IMG/VR virus record: IMGVR_UViG_3300021318_000003
Coordinates: 27,496-91,495 of that record
Reading direction: 5' to 3' (one strand)
DNA: 64,000 nt
Source of the DNA: a virus
Taxonomy: Duplodnaviria > Heunggongvirae > Uroviricota > Caudoviricetes
Within the stretch, counting starts at the first letter, position 1; every line of letters starts with the position of its first letter. Below are positions 9,619-20,500 of this stretch, one piece after another. The notes beneath the pieces were generated by a model. It was given only the letters and a program-made list of their open reading frames with translations, did not search any database and was not told where the DNA came from. Position numbers and translations under genes: made by a program.

Positions 9619-9648
9619 CTCCTATAATAAATTCTTGTCGTGCTATGC
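9619..9648 (-). promoter_or_regulatory. motif-A element (CCATAAGCACGACAATAATTTATAGGAGG class)
   Basis: plus strand cctcctataataaattcttgtcgtgctatg immediately 5' of the RBS of 8854..9618. Confidence 0.4.
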
Positions 9649-9716
9649 CTAAAGTATATCACGGATTTCCCCGATGTCAAGAGGAAACCCGTGAATTTTT
9701 GGCTTGCTTTAGAATT

Positions 9717-10307
9717 TTATTCTGCCGGAGGAGCAAGGCGGAGGATGACCGCAAGTGGATTATCCGTATTCCTGAGCGTAGATTTGTAGCGCGCTTTCCA
9801 CCAGGCATACAGCAGTTCGTAATCCTTGATGCCCTCGTAGCCGTTCACAAGAAGCTGTTGGTCGCCGGTGGAGGCGTAGTCAAGGCGCATGGAGCGAATG
9901 TCCTGCTTGCTGAAGCTCTGCAGTGGCTTCTGGACGACGGACTCCACGCGAATGAAGTGACGGATAGCGTACTCAGGCAGCCGCTTGGCTGGCTTGAGGC
10001 GGTCATCGCGGAAGACCAAGACTTTTTCTTCGCCGGGTTCCAGCATCGGCTTTTCGCCATACCATGCTTCGCCGCCGATATTCCAGACCGTTTCGCCGTC
10101 GTAGAGATAGCGAACGCCGTCAATTTCGCGCAGCACGCTCGTCTCTTTCTTGTTACAGGCGGTCGCGTGCATCCGATAGTGCTGTTCCAGAACACCGACC
10201 TCGCCGGAGGAGAGGTCTTTCACCTGCTCGGCCGGAACAGCAAAAACGTCCAGATCGCCGTTTAAGTACAGCGCAAGATCATGCTGATTCAGTACAATGT
10301 TGCTCAT
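9717..10307 (-). CDS. hypothetical protein
   Basis: 196-aa ORF; no motif recognised. Confidence 0.45.
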   Translation of the reverse strand: MSNIVLNQHDLALYLNGDLDVFAVPAEQVKDLSSGEVGVLEQHYRMHATACNKKETSVLREIDGVRYLYDGETVWNIGGEAWYGEKPMLEPGEEKVLVFRDDRLKPAKRLPEYAIRHFIRVESVVQKPLQSFSKQDIRSMRLDYASTGDQQLLVNGYEGIKDYELLYAWWKARYKSTLRNTDNPLAVILRLAPPAE

Positions 10308-11082
10308 TTAGTGCCTCCAATCTGGCCTTTGCGACGTCAGACCACGGCAAACCGTAATACGGGCTGCTTTTCTTGTCGCAAAAGCCGTTGTCGATGCCGA
10401 TGTAGCGGCGGTTTTCGAGTTTCGCGGCGAGAAGCGTCGAGCCGGTTCCGCAGCAGTTGTCGAGAACCACACCGCCCTCGTCGGAAAACGTGCGGATGGC
10501 GTAGCGAAGCAACTCCACCGGTTTCTCCGTCCCGTGCAGCGCGACGGATGGATGCGGTTTCGGAAAGCGCCAGATCGACGATGGGTATTTGAGGCTGCTG
10601 TCAGACGATTCGACCAGCGTGTAGTTCCCGTAGCTGCGGTTGGAGTGAACGTCGTTCGCCTGCTTTCCGACCGCTCTGCCCTTGCTGTGGTTTTTCTCGC
10701 CAAGCTCCATCTGCGGATGATAGACGGGCGGATTCTTGTAGAAAACCATGATATCCTCGTGCTCGCGCAGCGGCATTTTCTTAGCGTTGAGAAATCCGCT
10801 TTTGAGCACTTTATCCCAGATGATGTTGTAGCGGTGGAGTTTTTCGTTGGAGAGCATCATGCGCGCGGTGAATTTATCCTGTCCGAAGAGAAGGATCGCG
10901 CCGTTCGGCTTGATGATGCGCTCGTACTGCTTCCAGAGCAGCACCGGATCAATGACGCTATCCCATTTATTGCGGCTCATGCCGTAGGGGAGGTCGCAGA
11001 GGATCATGTCGACGCTCTCATCGGCGATGTCGCGCATGACCTCCAAGCAGTCGCCAAATACAACGGAGTTTGGCGCGATCAT
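10279..11082 (-). CDS. DNA methyltransferase (N6-adenine/N4-cytosine, beta class)
   Basis: motif IV ILCDLPYG precedes motif I VLDNCCGTGSTLLAA. Confidence 0.8.
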   Translation of the reverse strand: MIAPNSVVFGDCLEVMRDIADESVDMILCDLPYGMSRNKWDSVIDPVLLWKQYERIIKPNGAILLFGQDKFTARMMLSNEKLHRYNIIWDKVLKSGFLNAKKMPLREHEDIMVFYKNPPVYHPQMELGEKNHSKGRAVGKQANDVHSNRSYGNYTLVESSDSSLKYPSSIWRFPKPHPSVALHGTEKPVELLRYAIRTFSDEGGVVLDNCCGTGSTLLAAKLENRRYIGIDNGFCDKKSSPYYGLPWSDVAKARLEALNEQHCTESA

Positions 11083-11414
11083 CCGTCGCTCACCGCCTTT
11101 TTTATGTCCGCGAGGCGCTGGTTGATGCGATCGCAGGTCTCGCAGTAGCCGAGAAGCGCGCGGCGCAGCTCTTCCTTTTCCGCATCATCCATCTTTTTGA
11201 TGGTTTTACCGATCTCGACAAGAATGGCGTCGGCGTCCATTGTGCCGACATCATCGGTGTTCGGGAAATAGTCGGAAGCTGGCTTGTTCATCCAGTCGTG
11301 GAAAGCCTTTTCAGCCGTTTCCTCCATCGGGACGCTCATCAAGCCCATGAGCGTCGCTTCAAAGAGGTCTTGCGGAAGTGTCTGGAGATATTCAAAGACC
11401 GTCATGCCAGTCAC
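11079..11414 (-). CDS. hypothetical protein
   Basis: 111-aa acidic ORF. Confidence 0.45.
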   Translation of the reverse strand: MTGMTVFEYLQTLPQDLFEATLMGLMSVPMEETAEKAFHDWMNKPASDYFPNTDDVGTMDADAILVEIGKTIKKMDDAEKEELRRALLGYCETCDRINQRLADIKKAVSDG

Positions 11415-11947
11415 CTCGTTCCGGTGGAGCCGAAGCCGCCGCGATCGTCGTTGCCGAGCGTTTTAACCTCCTCAAAGGCGAGCTTCGGCTGGTGCTCCAC
11501 GATGCGGAACTGGCAGATGCGGTCGCCCGTATGGATCTCCGTATCGCGGTCTGCGACGGCGGGGAAGCGCCACTGATCGTTGTCGCCGCAGTATTTCTCG
11601 TCGATAACGCCGATGCTGTTCGCTTGCTTGATACCGAAATGCTTGTAGGTGGAAGAACGCGGCGCAACGATGGCCTCGTATCCTTCGGGAAGCTGCATGG
11701 CAACTCCCAGGGGAATCAGCTTGAACTCGCCGGCCTTCATGGTCACGTCTTCCGCTGCAGCGAGGTCGATCCAGTCGGACTTTCCGCCGACGTAACAGAG
11801 CTTGGGAATTTTATCGGAGAGGTAGCGGATACGGATCGAAACATCCGGCGCGTCGTCGGGAAAGTTTTTGATGCTGTGGCTCTCGTGGTCGACGTCGCCG
11901 GCGTCGTTGTGGTGCTTGATGATCGTCTCAATCGTAGAAAATCCCAT
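11411..11947 (-). CDS. dut: dUTP diphosphatase
   Basis: dUTPase motifs [21 protein letters not shown] and C-terminal RGGFGSTG; start at MGFSTIE behind a GGAAAGGAAA RBS. Confidence 0.75.
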   Translation of the reverse strand: MGFSTIETIIKHHNDAGDVDHESHSIKNFPDDAPDVSIRIRYLSDKIPKLCYVGGKSDWIDLAAAEDVTMKAGEFKLIPLGVAMQLPEGYEAIVAPRSSTYKHFGIKQANSIGVIDEKYCGDNDQWRFPAVADRDTEIHTGDRICQFRIVEHQPKLAFEEVKTLGNDDRGGFGSTGTR

Positions 11948-12043
11948 TTTCGTTTTTCCTTTCCGTAAACATAAATGGTTTGAAAAATTTTCATCCAAAA
12001 TGCGCCATCGGCGCGGCGGCGGATTTCCGCCGCCGCTTTGCCG

Positions 12044-12520
12044 TTACAGAGCAAGTGCAAACTGGTTGTCGGATATGAGCGTAACGCCGAGAAGGTCGTC
12101 ATACCGCGTGGGACGGTTCGGAATGTAGCGCCCAAACTTCACGATGACGTTCTGACCGCGCAGCGCGACGAGCTTGTCTTCGATCTCTTCGGGATAGTAG
12201 CCCGTATAAATGACGAACGGGCTTTTCGTGTCGCGTGCGCGAAGCGCGGAGAGAAGATGCCGCAGTTCGTCGAATTGAAGCATCGGCTCTAAGCCGCCGA
12301 CGACGATCGCCTTTGTGATCGGATTGGAGAGGTACATCTTCACAAGCGTTTCATCCGAAATGTCGCGGATCGGCGATTGCGCGAGCGGACTGTTCTGGCA
12401 CAGGTCGGCGCTGTGTCCCGCTTCCGTGCAGCACTTCCAGTCGCAAACGGCGCTCGCGATGAACATGGATGGGAGCTTGAAGTTGCAGAAATCCTCTGCG
12501 ACAAGACCGCGCAGCTTCAT
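12044..12520 (-). CDS. nrdG: anaerobic ribonucleotide reductase activating protein-like (radical SAM)
   Basis: start MKLRGLV overlaps the NrdD stop (ATG/TAA); cysteine cluster AVCDWKCC; sits immediately downstream of nrdD; the upstream R-rich part of the track ORF is just overlap with nrdD. Confidence 0.55.
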   Translation of the reverse strand: MKLRGLVAEDFCNFKLPSMFIASAVCDWKCCTEAGHSADLCQNSPLAQSPIRDISDETLVKMYLSNPITKAIVVGGLEPMLQFDELRHLLSALRARDTKSPFVIYTGYYPEEIEDKLVALRGQNVIVKFGRYIPNRPTRYDDLLGVTLISDNQFALAL

Positions 12521-14532
12521 TACATCAGACCGTCCTTCTGGAGCACGTTGAACCAGCGGCGCTTGTCGAACTCGCGCTTGCGGATTTTCTGGTAGCTGCT
12601 GACCGGAACGTAGAAGCCGACGACGCGGGCGTAGGTGTCGGCAACGGGCTTGCCGCAGTGCGGGCAGGTCGCCGTGCCGATAAAGGCGTGCTTGTCCTCG
12701 CAGACGGAGATCTTCGTCGTGAAAGCGAAGTAGATGACGCCCATCGCCGCGACGTAGTTGAGCATATCCCACGCGACGTCCGTGTTGGGGAAGCGGTTCT
12801 CGATGTTGATGTGGGCGATGCAGCCGCCGCCGCACTTGGCGTCGAACAGATTTCCGAGGCGGCACTTCTCCGCAATGGTGCATTTTTCCATGAGCGGTAT
12901 CCACTGGTTTGAGTAGATGAAGTAGCGATCCTGCTCGTACAGCAGGTTATCCGCCTGACAGATGACGCCGGCGCAGTTCTCGGCGGGGATCATCTCGATG
13001 TTGAAGGAGAAGTCGCACTCGAAGCTGTCCTTGACCTTGTTCATCGTGTCGAGGATCTTCGTGGCGAATTTGACCGCCTCGTCGGAATAGCTCTTGTTGC
13101 CGGCTTCGTCCGTGTCGATCAGACCGAACAGATCCATGACCTCGTACATACCGATGCCGCCGATGGTGCAGAACTGCTTGTCAAGTTCGACCGCGCCGTC
13201 CTGATAGTTCGGCAGCAAGCCCTTTTCGATGTTGCGCTTGATGATGTGGCGCATGGAGTAGAGCGCCTTGCAGTCGAGAAGGACGCGCTTTTTGAGGATC
13301 TTGATGTACTCGTCCTGGTCGAAGCTGCTCTCATACGCGATGCGGACGAGGTTGATGGTGCTCACGCGGCAGGAACCGACCGAGAGCGCCGTTCCGCCGA
13401 TGGAGTTGATAAAAGCGTCGAGCTTTTTGGTATCGCTGAGGAGGCGGCAGCAGTTGGAGAGCACGCCTACGTTATCGCTGCAGAAGAAGTTGCTGTCAGA
13501 CCAGTCGATATTATGGTCGGAGCACCAGCGGGCGAAGGTCGCGTCAACGAAAACGTCCCACTCGCGCGTCTGAATCATCTCGCTTACCTTTTCGGGCGTC
13601 AGCGGCTTCTTGAGGAGCGAATACGAAAGCACGGGGTAGGTGAACATGTTGACGGCACGGATCTCGCTGACCACATCCATAAACACCTTCTGGCACTCCA
13701 CCAGATCGTCGATATGGTCGATGGCGAACGTGCCGTCCGGGAACTGGACGCCGCCGAAGAGGGATTCCATGTACGGGTGGTCGAAGATCGAAATGTTGGT
13801 AAAGCTGCTTTGATCCACGCGGAGAAACGGCTGGTTGAGGCGGTAGATGAGCTTCTGGAACTGCTGACGCAGGTAATAGTCGGGATCTTTCATGTAGTAT
13901 CCGTCCTCGACGTCGCGTTTCCAGAAGTACCACGCCCAGATCAGGATGTTCGGCATACCGACCGCGCCGCTCTGCCGGTTGGAAAGGAAGGACACGAACT
14001 CGACCACATCGTCAAAGTAGGTCGTCAGATGCTTCGGCGCTTGGTTGTTGTATCGCTTCTGGACGAAGCGGATATTGCCGTCCGCGTCCTCGAAGTTTCC
14101 GTTGAGAAAGAACAGCCCTTCCGTGGCGAGCCGCGTAAAATCGTTCGCCCAGCAGTAGGGGAAGTAGCTTGCCGTCGCGGAGTCGTTGAGATAGAAACCC
14201 TTGGAAAATTCCTGCTCCAACCACTCTTTCGCCGTACGAAGCCCCCACTTCTTCTTGATCTCGTAGAAAATTTTGTTGAGACCGAAGAGCTTATCTTCGC
14301 TCTTGCCCTTCTCGGTCATAAAGCTGCGGATGTCCTTATGGTTGGCGTTGGCGTTCGGATCAATGCTCGCGTCGGCAAGCGTATCCTTGTCAACAAAGTT
14401 TTCGATAAACTCGGAGAAGTCGAGCTGACTGGGATGGATGCCGTTGATGTACTCGAAGTCTTCTCCGTACTTCTTTTTGAGGTCTTCAAGGCAACGCTCG
14501 AAGTCCTTGGAAAGTTTCAGCTCAATGTTCAT
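12520..14532 (-). CDS. nrdD: anaerobic ribonucleoside-triphosphate reductase (class III)
   Basis: 670 aa; C-terminal Zn ribbon CPHCGKP and glycyl-radical region ARVVGFYVP; overall NrdD-like. Confidence 0.9.
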   Translation of the reverse strand: MNIELKLSKDFERCLEDLKKKYGEDFEYINGIHPSQLDFSEFIENFVDKDTLADASIDPNANANHKDIRSFMTEKGKSEDKLFGLNKIFYEIKKKWGLRTAKEWLEQEFSKGFYLNDSATASYFPYCWANDFTRLATEGLFFLNGNFEDADGNIRFVQKRYNNQAPKHLTTYFDDVVEFVSFLSNRQSGAVGMPNILIWAWYFWKRDVEDGYYMKDPDYYLRQQFQKLIYRLNQPFLRVDQSSFTNISIFDHPYMESLFGGVQFPDGTFAIDHIDDLVECQKVFMDVVSEIRAVNMFTYPVLSYSLLKKPLTPEKVSEMIQTREWDVFVDATFARWCSDHNIDWSDSNFFCSDNVGVLSNCCRLLSDTKKLDAFINSIGGTALSVGSCRVSTINLVRIAYESSFDQDEYIKILKKRVLLDCKALYSMRHIIKRNIEKGLLPNYQDGAVELDKQFCTIGGIGMYEVMDLFGLIDTDEAGNKSYSDEAVKFATKILDTMNKVKDSFECDFSFNIEMIPAENCAGVICQADNLLYEQDRYFIYSNQWIPLMEKCTIAEKCRLGNLFDAKCGGGCIAHINIENRFPNTDVAWDMLNYVAAMGVIYFAFTTKISVCEDKHAFIGTATCPHCGKPVADTYARVVGFYVPVSSYQKIRKREFDKRRWFNVLQKDGLM

Positions 14533-14550
14533 GGATTCCTTGCCCTCCTG

Positions 14551-14799
14551 TCAGATATTGCACGAGTCGCAGCGCGGCGCAGTAGTCGGTTCGGAAGAAG
14601 TTCCGCCGCCATTGATCCAGTCGTTCGCCGCAGAGAAGTTGAGCAGCTCCCCGTCAACCTCAAGCATTGGTGCGGACGTCATGCCGCGCGCGATCATCTC
14701 GTCAACGTTCGTGCAGACCTCATGCTGGATGCCGGCTTCGTTCATCTTCGCTTCGAGCACCTTGCATTTCGGGCAATTCGTCGAATACAGCTTTACCAT
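14551..14799 (-). CDS. NrdH/glutaredoxin-like redoxin
   Basis: 82 aa; MVKLYSTNCPKCKVL gives a CPKC active site. Confidence 0.65.
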   Translation of the reverse strand: MVKLYSTNCPKCKVLEAKMNEAGIQHEVCTNVDEMIARGMTSAPMLEVDGELLNFSAANDWINGGGTSSEPTTAPRCDSCNI

Positions 14800-15087
14800 T
14801 TATCTGTCCTCCTCGTTTTCTGTTCCAGAATCCGGCATGGCGCGGGCGATCACGCAGCCGCCTCTGCCGGTATTCCTCGAATTGTTGACATTCCAAGCAG
14901 CGCCGCTATCTTTGAGAAGCGCTTGCAGCGCCGTTTTGAACGTGTCGGCCGTGTTCGCGTCTGACTGGCTGAGTATCGCATAGATCTCACAGGCTACGGC
15001 GGCAAGCTCCGCCGCGATGTGAAGCGGATCTCCTGCGGCTTCCAACTGCGGGATATAGCCATTGTCGTTGATTGCCACCCGTATCAT
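14800..15087 (-). CDS. hypothetical protein
   Basis: start at MIRVAIND; ATGA overlap with the upstream gene. Confidence 0.35.
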   Translation of the reverse strand: MIRVAINDNGYIPQLEAAGDPLHIAAELAAVACEIYAILSQSDANTADTFKTALQALLKDSGAAWNVNNSRNTGRGGCVIARAMPDSGTENEEDR

Positions 15088-15653
15088 TCGCACGCCTCCG
15101 CAATCTCGGAAATGTTCCGATACAGCTCCGACCACGTTTTGACGCGCTTCATACCGTGCGCTTTGGCATCGTAAAACTGGTTGTGCGGCCGATGAAAGAG
15201 GAACAGATGCTTGACGCTGTTGGCTGCGGCTTCAAGGTTGTGCGTCCCGTCGTCGATCATCACATCGCCGCGCACGATGCTTTTGTCGCTCGCGATGATG
15301 ATGTCCTCCCATCTGAACACCGGAAACAGCTCCAAAAACCGTTTGATTTTCGCCGGAACCGTCGTCGGATGCGTCGCCGTAACGACACGGACTTTATGAC
15401 CGTCCAGCATGAGACGCTGAATGTACGTTGCCGAGTTTGCAATCGGAAGAATCCGCTGCCAGATACCATCGTCGTGCAGAGGAGCAAAGAGCTGATCGGA
15501 CGTAAGATCGGGGAAGAATCTGGCAATTTCCCAATCGGTGACGTCATGCGGCATGACGTTTGTTCCATAGCGACGGTTCAGCTCCGCGATCCACAGGCCG
15601 CAAAAGTCCCACAGAACATCATCGAGGTCGGTCAAGATCGTGAGCTTTTTCAT
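15084..15653 (-). CDS. 5'(3')-deoxyribonucleotidase (HAD superfamily, NT5C-like)
   Basis: N-terminal DLDDVL HAD motif I; common phage NT5C architecture. Confidence 0.6.
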   Translation of the reverse strand: MKKLTILTDLDDVLWDFCGLWIAELNRRYGTNVMPHDVTDWEIARFFPDLTSDQLFAPLHDDGIWQRILPIANSATYIQRLMLDGHKVRVVTATHPTTVPAKIKRFLELFPVFRWEDIIIASDKSIVRGDVMIDDGTHNLEAAANSVKHLFLFHRPHNQFYDAKAHGMKRVKTWSELYRNISEIAEACE

Positions 15654-16183
15654 ACGATGCCCTCCGCGTAAACCGCGTACTCGATGGCGTGCTTGAGCTG
15701 TTCGAGCGTGCCGCCGTTCGTGATGACCGCATCGTACGGGTAGCCATCGAGCGCCGTCTCGGACGGATGCGCTTTCTGAGCTTCCGTCAAGCCGTTATCA
15801 AAGCCGGGACGCTCCACGCGAATGAGCGTGGCATCGAAGCCGCAGTGCAGGAAAATTTCGTACTCGTTCGGAAAACGGCAGTCGGGGATCAGAACGTAGT
15901 CCCACTCGCCGTTGAAGAACGTGAGCATGGAGACGACGAAATCCACCCAGTAGTCCGGCGACTGCGCGCGCACCTTGTCCGTCCCGACATACTGAAGGAG
16001 CGTTCTGCCGCGCTCATCCTTTTTGCCATCCCAGCCGAAATACTTCTCGGCGACGAACTTCACCGCGTCGCCAAAGTGCGCGATGAGCACGCGCTTGCCC
16101 TGCGCTTCCAGGATCTCCTTCAGAAAGCCCGCCGTCGTGTCCTTGCCGTGCTGCGCCTTGGCGGAAATGCAAACGATTTTCAT
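15650..16183 (-). CDS. P-loop deoxynucleoside monophosphate kinase-like protein
   Basis: Walker A CISAKAQHGKDTTA near the N-terminus, about 177 aa. Confidence 0.55.
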   Translation of the reverse strand: MKIVCISAKAQHGKDTTAGFLKEILEAQGKRVLIAHFGDAVKFVAEKYFGWDGKKDERGRTLLQYVGTDKVRAQSPDYWVDFVVSMLTFFNGEWDYVLIPDCRFPNEYEIFLHCGFDATLIRVERPGFDNGLTEAQKAHPSETALDGYPYDAVITNGGTLEQLKHAIEYAVYAEGIV

Positions 16184-16830
16184 ACCTTGTCCTCCCCCGT
16201 GATGAGATAGGTCGCCATCGGCAGCGTTTCAATCCACGGACAAACGCCCTCGCGCCAGTCGGGAAGCCGATGATCCTTGCGCTGCGCGTACATATTCTTG
16301 CAGCAGCGATAGTTTGTCGTCATGCCGGCCGTCAGCTCGAAGCCGGACGGGATGTTGTAGAGCAGGTCGAGATACGCCTGTCGCTTCTGTTCGGGATACT
16401 TCTCTCCGTCGATCGCGTTGTAGGCAGTCTGCAAATCCTCAACGAGGTCGGAGATCGCGGGAAGAACGTGCGCGTTACACTGATCCTTGATGGGGAGCAC
16501 GGACGCGCGGTGCATCGTGCTCATGGACGAGATGAAGTTGAGGAACTTGTAGCGCTCCGCCTCCACCCACGCCTTGTTGGTAAGCGTGAGGTCGAAGTTG
16601 ACGACGATGCCGGTGAGGAACTGGTCGTGACCGCCACCTTTCGCCTGCGCGAGCTTGACGGCACGCTTGATGTGCGGATTGTTGAAATCGCCGGTCATGA
16701 TCGCGGTCTCGATCTCTTCGACCGCCGCCTTGAACTCATCGCGCGTCGGCGCGTGATCCATCATCGGGTATCCGCTGCGGAAGATACTGCTTGCGAGACC
16801 GAAAACCTCAACATTGTCAATTCTTGCCAT
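16180..16830 (-). CDS. hypothetical protein (possibly a divergent ThyX-like enzyme)
   Basis: sits inside the nucleotide-metabolism block; GGHDQF...ERYKFLNFISSMSTMHR is only loosely ThyX-like. Confidence 0.4.
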   Translation of the reverse strand: MARIDNVEVFGLASSIFRSGYPMMDHAPTRDEFKAAVEEIETAIMTGDFNNPHIKRAVKLAQAKGGGHDQFLTGIVVNFDLTLTNKAWVEAERYKFLNFISSMSTMHRASVLPIKDQCNAHVLPAISDLVEDLQTAYNAIDGEKYPEQKRQAYLDLLYNIPSGFELTAGMTTNYRCCKNMYAQRKDHRLPDWREGVCPWIETLPMATYLITGEDKV

Positions 16831-16837
16831 ATAGAAA

Positions 16838-16865
16838 CCTCCTACAAATTATTGTCGTACTAATG
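16838..16865 (-). promoter_or_regulatory. motif-A element
   Basis: cctcctacaaattattgtcgtactaatg upstream of 16180..16830. Confidence 0.4.
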
Positions 16866-17516
16866 AGAAGAATAAAAATTATGACCGCCGATGGTACAGA
16901 CATAGCGCAGACTGTTGTGGAACGCAGAATTAGTATATGTCGAACAGAAAAACTCGATCGTGTCGTCCACCACGTTTTGCCCTTGTCCGAAAACGAGCAG
17001 GCACGCTTCGTTGACGGTCTCCATATTGTCCGTGCAGCTCTTGGATACGGGCGAAGCGTATTGTCCAGGAACCTTGACGACCTGCTCCGGCGTCTGACCG
17101 GTGCGTTCCGCCGTTGTTCGGATGCACTGCGCAACCGCCATAATGCCCTCGAACGGCTCGCCGCGCGCCTCCGCGCCGACGACGCGGACAACGTAATCGA
17201 AATCGTAGCCCCACTCGTCGATAGCGGGATAGACCTCTTCGGCGAACGCTTCCTCCGCGACGGTTTCGATGTCGGCCTCGGATTGCAGCTCGTAGAGCTG
17301 GAGCGTAAGGTCGGCGTTGAGCGCGTGCAGCTCGTCACACGTTTTTTTCATCTCTTCGGCGTTGGCGTTGAGCTGCTGCATCGCCTCTTCCAGCTCATCC
17401 ACCTCGCGGCGCAGGCGAGAATTGACGCCGGCGAAAACGATGGCGAATACGAGCGACACGATGATGATGAACCAAAGTAAGCAGTCGGTTATGTTTGTGA
17501 TGTGCTTGGTTTTCAT
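16860..17516 (-). CDS. membrane-anchored SleB/CwlJ-type cell-wall hydrolase
   Basis: N-terminal TM helix then coiled coil; C-terminal VVGAEARGEPFEGIMAVAQCIRTTAERTGQTPEQVV..PGQYASPV resembles Hydrolase_2. Confidence 0.6.
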   Translation of the reverse strand: MKTKHITNITDCLLWFIIIVSLVFAIVFAGVNSRLRREVDELEEAMQQLNANAEEMKKTCDELHALNADLTLQLYELQSEADIETVAEEAFAEEVYPAIDEWGYDFDYVVRVVGAEARGEPFEGIMAVAQCIRTTAERTGQTPEQVVKVPGQYASPVSKSCTDNMETVNEACLLVFGQGQNVVDDTIEFFCSTYTNSAFHNSLRYVCTIGGHNFYSSH

Positions 17517-17525
17517 AGTTCCTCC

Positions 17526-20500
17526 TTAAATGACGACGTTGTAGCCGTTGAGATACCAGAAGCCGGCCTGGTTCTTTGAAATGGACTTTGCAAAAATAAC
17601 GTCGAATTTCCGAATCGGCTGTTTTTTGTAGTTGGACGCACGCAGCGTCAGGCGCGCGGTCTTACCGCTGCCAATGGAGCGCGTTTGAAGCGCATAGCCC
17701 CAGACAGCTCCGTCCTTCTTGCTCTTGAGCGGGTAGACGTCCATGATGATGAGCTTGCGGCGGTCTTTTTCGTCGCCGCTGGTCAAGTCAACGTATCCGA
17801 GGTTTTCCAACTGATCTTGCATTTTGCTTTTGAAGTCAAAATCCTCCAGATGGAAGCCGCGCACGGTTTCTTCCAGCTCGACAAGCAAGCCATCCATGTC
17901 CGTAATAGTGTAGCTTTTCGCGACCGTTCCGTTTTTTGCGGCGTCGGTTGCGTGCCGAGATACGATCTCCTCAAGCTCTTCGTTGAGCTTTTCCTTTGCG
18001 ATTTTCTTTGCCGTTCCGTTTTTGAAGTAGGCAAACAGTTCGACCATGCGAAGAAGCTCACGGGCGTTGCCGTACTCAGAGAAGTAGTCCAGACGGATGA
18101 GAATGTCGCGCTGGCGCGTATCCAACCGCGTTTCCGTGTCGAGAACGCGCAGCAGCTCCATAAACGAGTCAGGCTTCTTGACGTGTGACAACTCATAGAG
18201 CTGATTCGCGACCTCGGCGTTGAGGTATTTGACCGACGCGATGCCTTTTGAGATGAATTGCTCATCCTTATCGAACAGGTAGCGGTCTTTCGACCTGCCG
18301 AAGCGCGGCGGGACGATTTTGATGCCGTACGCGACTGCAAGCTCGTTGCCGCTTTTGACGTCCTCTTCGCCGTTGGCGTTATTGAGGTACGCCGTGATGA
18401 ACTCGTAAGGGTGGTAGTAGCGGAGATAAGCACAGAGATAACCGATCATGCAGTAGCCGATCGAATGATTGTAGCCGAACATGTAGCTCGACGCATCGGA
18501 GATGATCTGCACAAACTCCTTGGCCTCCTGTTCCGCGACCTCGCGCGGCTGCGGCGACATTTTACAGTAACCGTCTAAAATATCAGGAAGCGCCTTTGCC
18601 AACTCCTCCGGTTTCTTCCTCGCTATCATGCGCCGCGTATTGTCCGCCGCGCTGCCGGAATAACCACAGATTTGCTGTAGGAATTTGATGACGTCCTCCT
18701 GATAGACAAGATAGCCATAGTTGTCGGCAAGTAGCTCGTCGATGATCGCTGACGGATTCTTGTGCGGCTTGTGCTTCATCAGGTCGTCGCGGTACGACGC
18801 GCCGGACGGACGCAGCGCCGCCGTGATGAGGCTCATATCGAAGATCGAGTGCGGCTCGTACTGCTTGAGCATGGAGAACGCGAAGTCTCCCTCAAACTGG
18901 AAGATCCCAACGGGGGAGCGGAGCATATCCTTCCAGACAGCCTCATCGTTCCAGTTGATTTCATGCGATTTCGGGTACGGCGTCCCGATGAGCTTGTAGG
19001 CGTCCTTGATAATCTCGACGTTTTTGAGTCCGAGGATGTCGTATTTGACAAGCCCCGCGTCGTGGACGCAATCCATGTCGATTTGCAGGATCTCCTTGCC
19101 GTCCGAGAGGAACGTACCGTAGTTGTCTCGCAGCGTGATTGGGCTTGCGACGATGCCGGCTGGGTGCATAGATTGTGAGATCGCGACGTCCAACAGCCCG
19201 TCGTAGTAGTAGAAGACTTCAGGATACTTTTCGCGCGTTTTCTCTTCGCTGACCTCGAACTCATCCTTGATCTGCGTGGAGATCTTACCGATCCACGGGT
19301 TTTTCGCGTAGATTGCATCATTCTCTTTTTTGAGGTGTTCGTATTCCTTTTGCAGCGACTTGGCTTCATCGCTGTTTGCAGTTTTCAAATCTGCAATTTG
19401 CTGCTTTAGCTTACGAAGATCATGCAGGTGCTCCTTATCCCACCGAACGCCGAGGCCGCGACAAATCTCGTCGATCGCGCCCTTGGACTTGATCGTGCCG
19501 ATGGCGAGGATGTACGCCGTCTTCTCCTGACCGAAGCGGTTGATGATGTACTCATACACCTTGTCGCGGTCGGACGGAGAGACGTCGATGTCGATGTCGC
19601 CGATCTCCTTGCGGTCTTCGTTCGCGAAGCGGCTAAAGACCGTTTTCCACGTTTCGGGATTAAGGTCGGTCGTATCGGTCAGGAACGCCACGCGGGAACC
19701 GCCGCACGAACCACGATTGAAGCCGAGCGGAATGTCGTGCGTCTTGCACCACGTCGCAAGCTCGCTCATAAAGAGCATGAAACCGGACATCTCGATCTTG
19801 TCGAAGACGTGCATTTCGTCCTGAATCGCCGCGCAGAAAGGCGCTTCCTGCTCATGCGTTACAGCGCCGGAGGCGAGCTTCGCCTGCAAGCCTTGCTCGA
19901 TGCGCTCCATCAAGACGCCGCGATCGCGTTCGCCGTACAAAATCGGGTACTTGAAGCTCTTGTCGAGGTCGAACGCATCCACGGAGTCCGCGATGACGTT
20001 TGTGTTCTCAATCGCATCAGCCCAGAGCTTTTCCGGTATGGCATCCTGCGCGCGGAACATCTCGCACAGCTCGTCGTAGCTCTTGTAGGTAAGGTCAAAC
20101 GTGTCCTCATCCGCAAACTCGATGTGCTTGGCGAGCTGCATCATCGTGCGGCACTCCGCCTTGTACTTGTCAAGGCTGTGTGTATCGGTGGTTGCCACCA
20201 GCGGGATGCCGTATTTCTGCGACATCTCCGCAAGGTGGCGGTTGAACGCGATTTGGTCGGGATGGTTGTGCGGTTGGATTTCGAGATAGTCGTAGTGTTT
20301 TACCAACCGCTCATAAAGCGGGTGCGTGATGGGAAGCCTGTTGAGAGGCGAAGCAAGGCACGCGCTCATTTTGATTACGTTGTTGGATATACCGAGAAAT
20401 TCGTCAAACGTGATGCGCGGCTTGTAGTAGAAGTGATCTTCCGTGCTCGACCGACTGACAAGCTCGTTGATCTCACGCAGACCGTCCATGTTCTTCGCAA

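Noticed and set aside
12520-12904. R-rich N-terminal extensions on the track ORFs for nrdG (12044-12904), Thg1-like (8067-8987), 43086-43664 and 57547-58608
   Set aside because: The extensions overlap the upstream gene in another frame and look like frame-shadow sequence. Internal ATGs with RBSs, often overlapping the upstream stop, are the plausible starts.
13246-14964. Long plus-strand ORFs (13246-14964 of 572 aa, 20595-23216 of 873 aa, 19422-20564, 43201-45195, 31275-32564, 5950-5783 and so on)
   Set aside because: They lie antisense to well-supported minus-strand genes (NrdD, the primase-helicase, Pol III and others). They are low-complexity R/A/V-rich translations typical of GC-rich shadow frames, with no RBS context.
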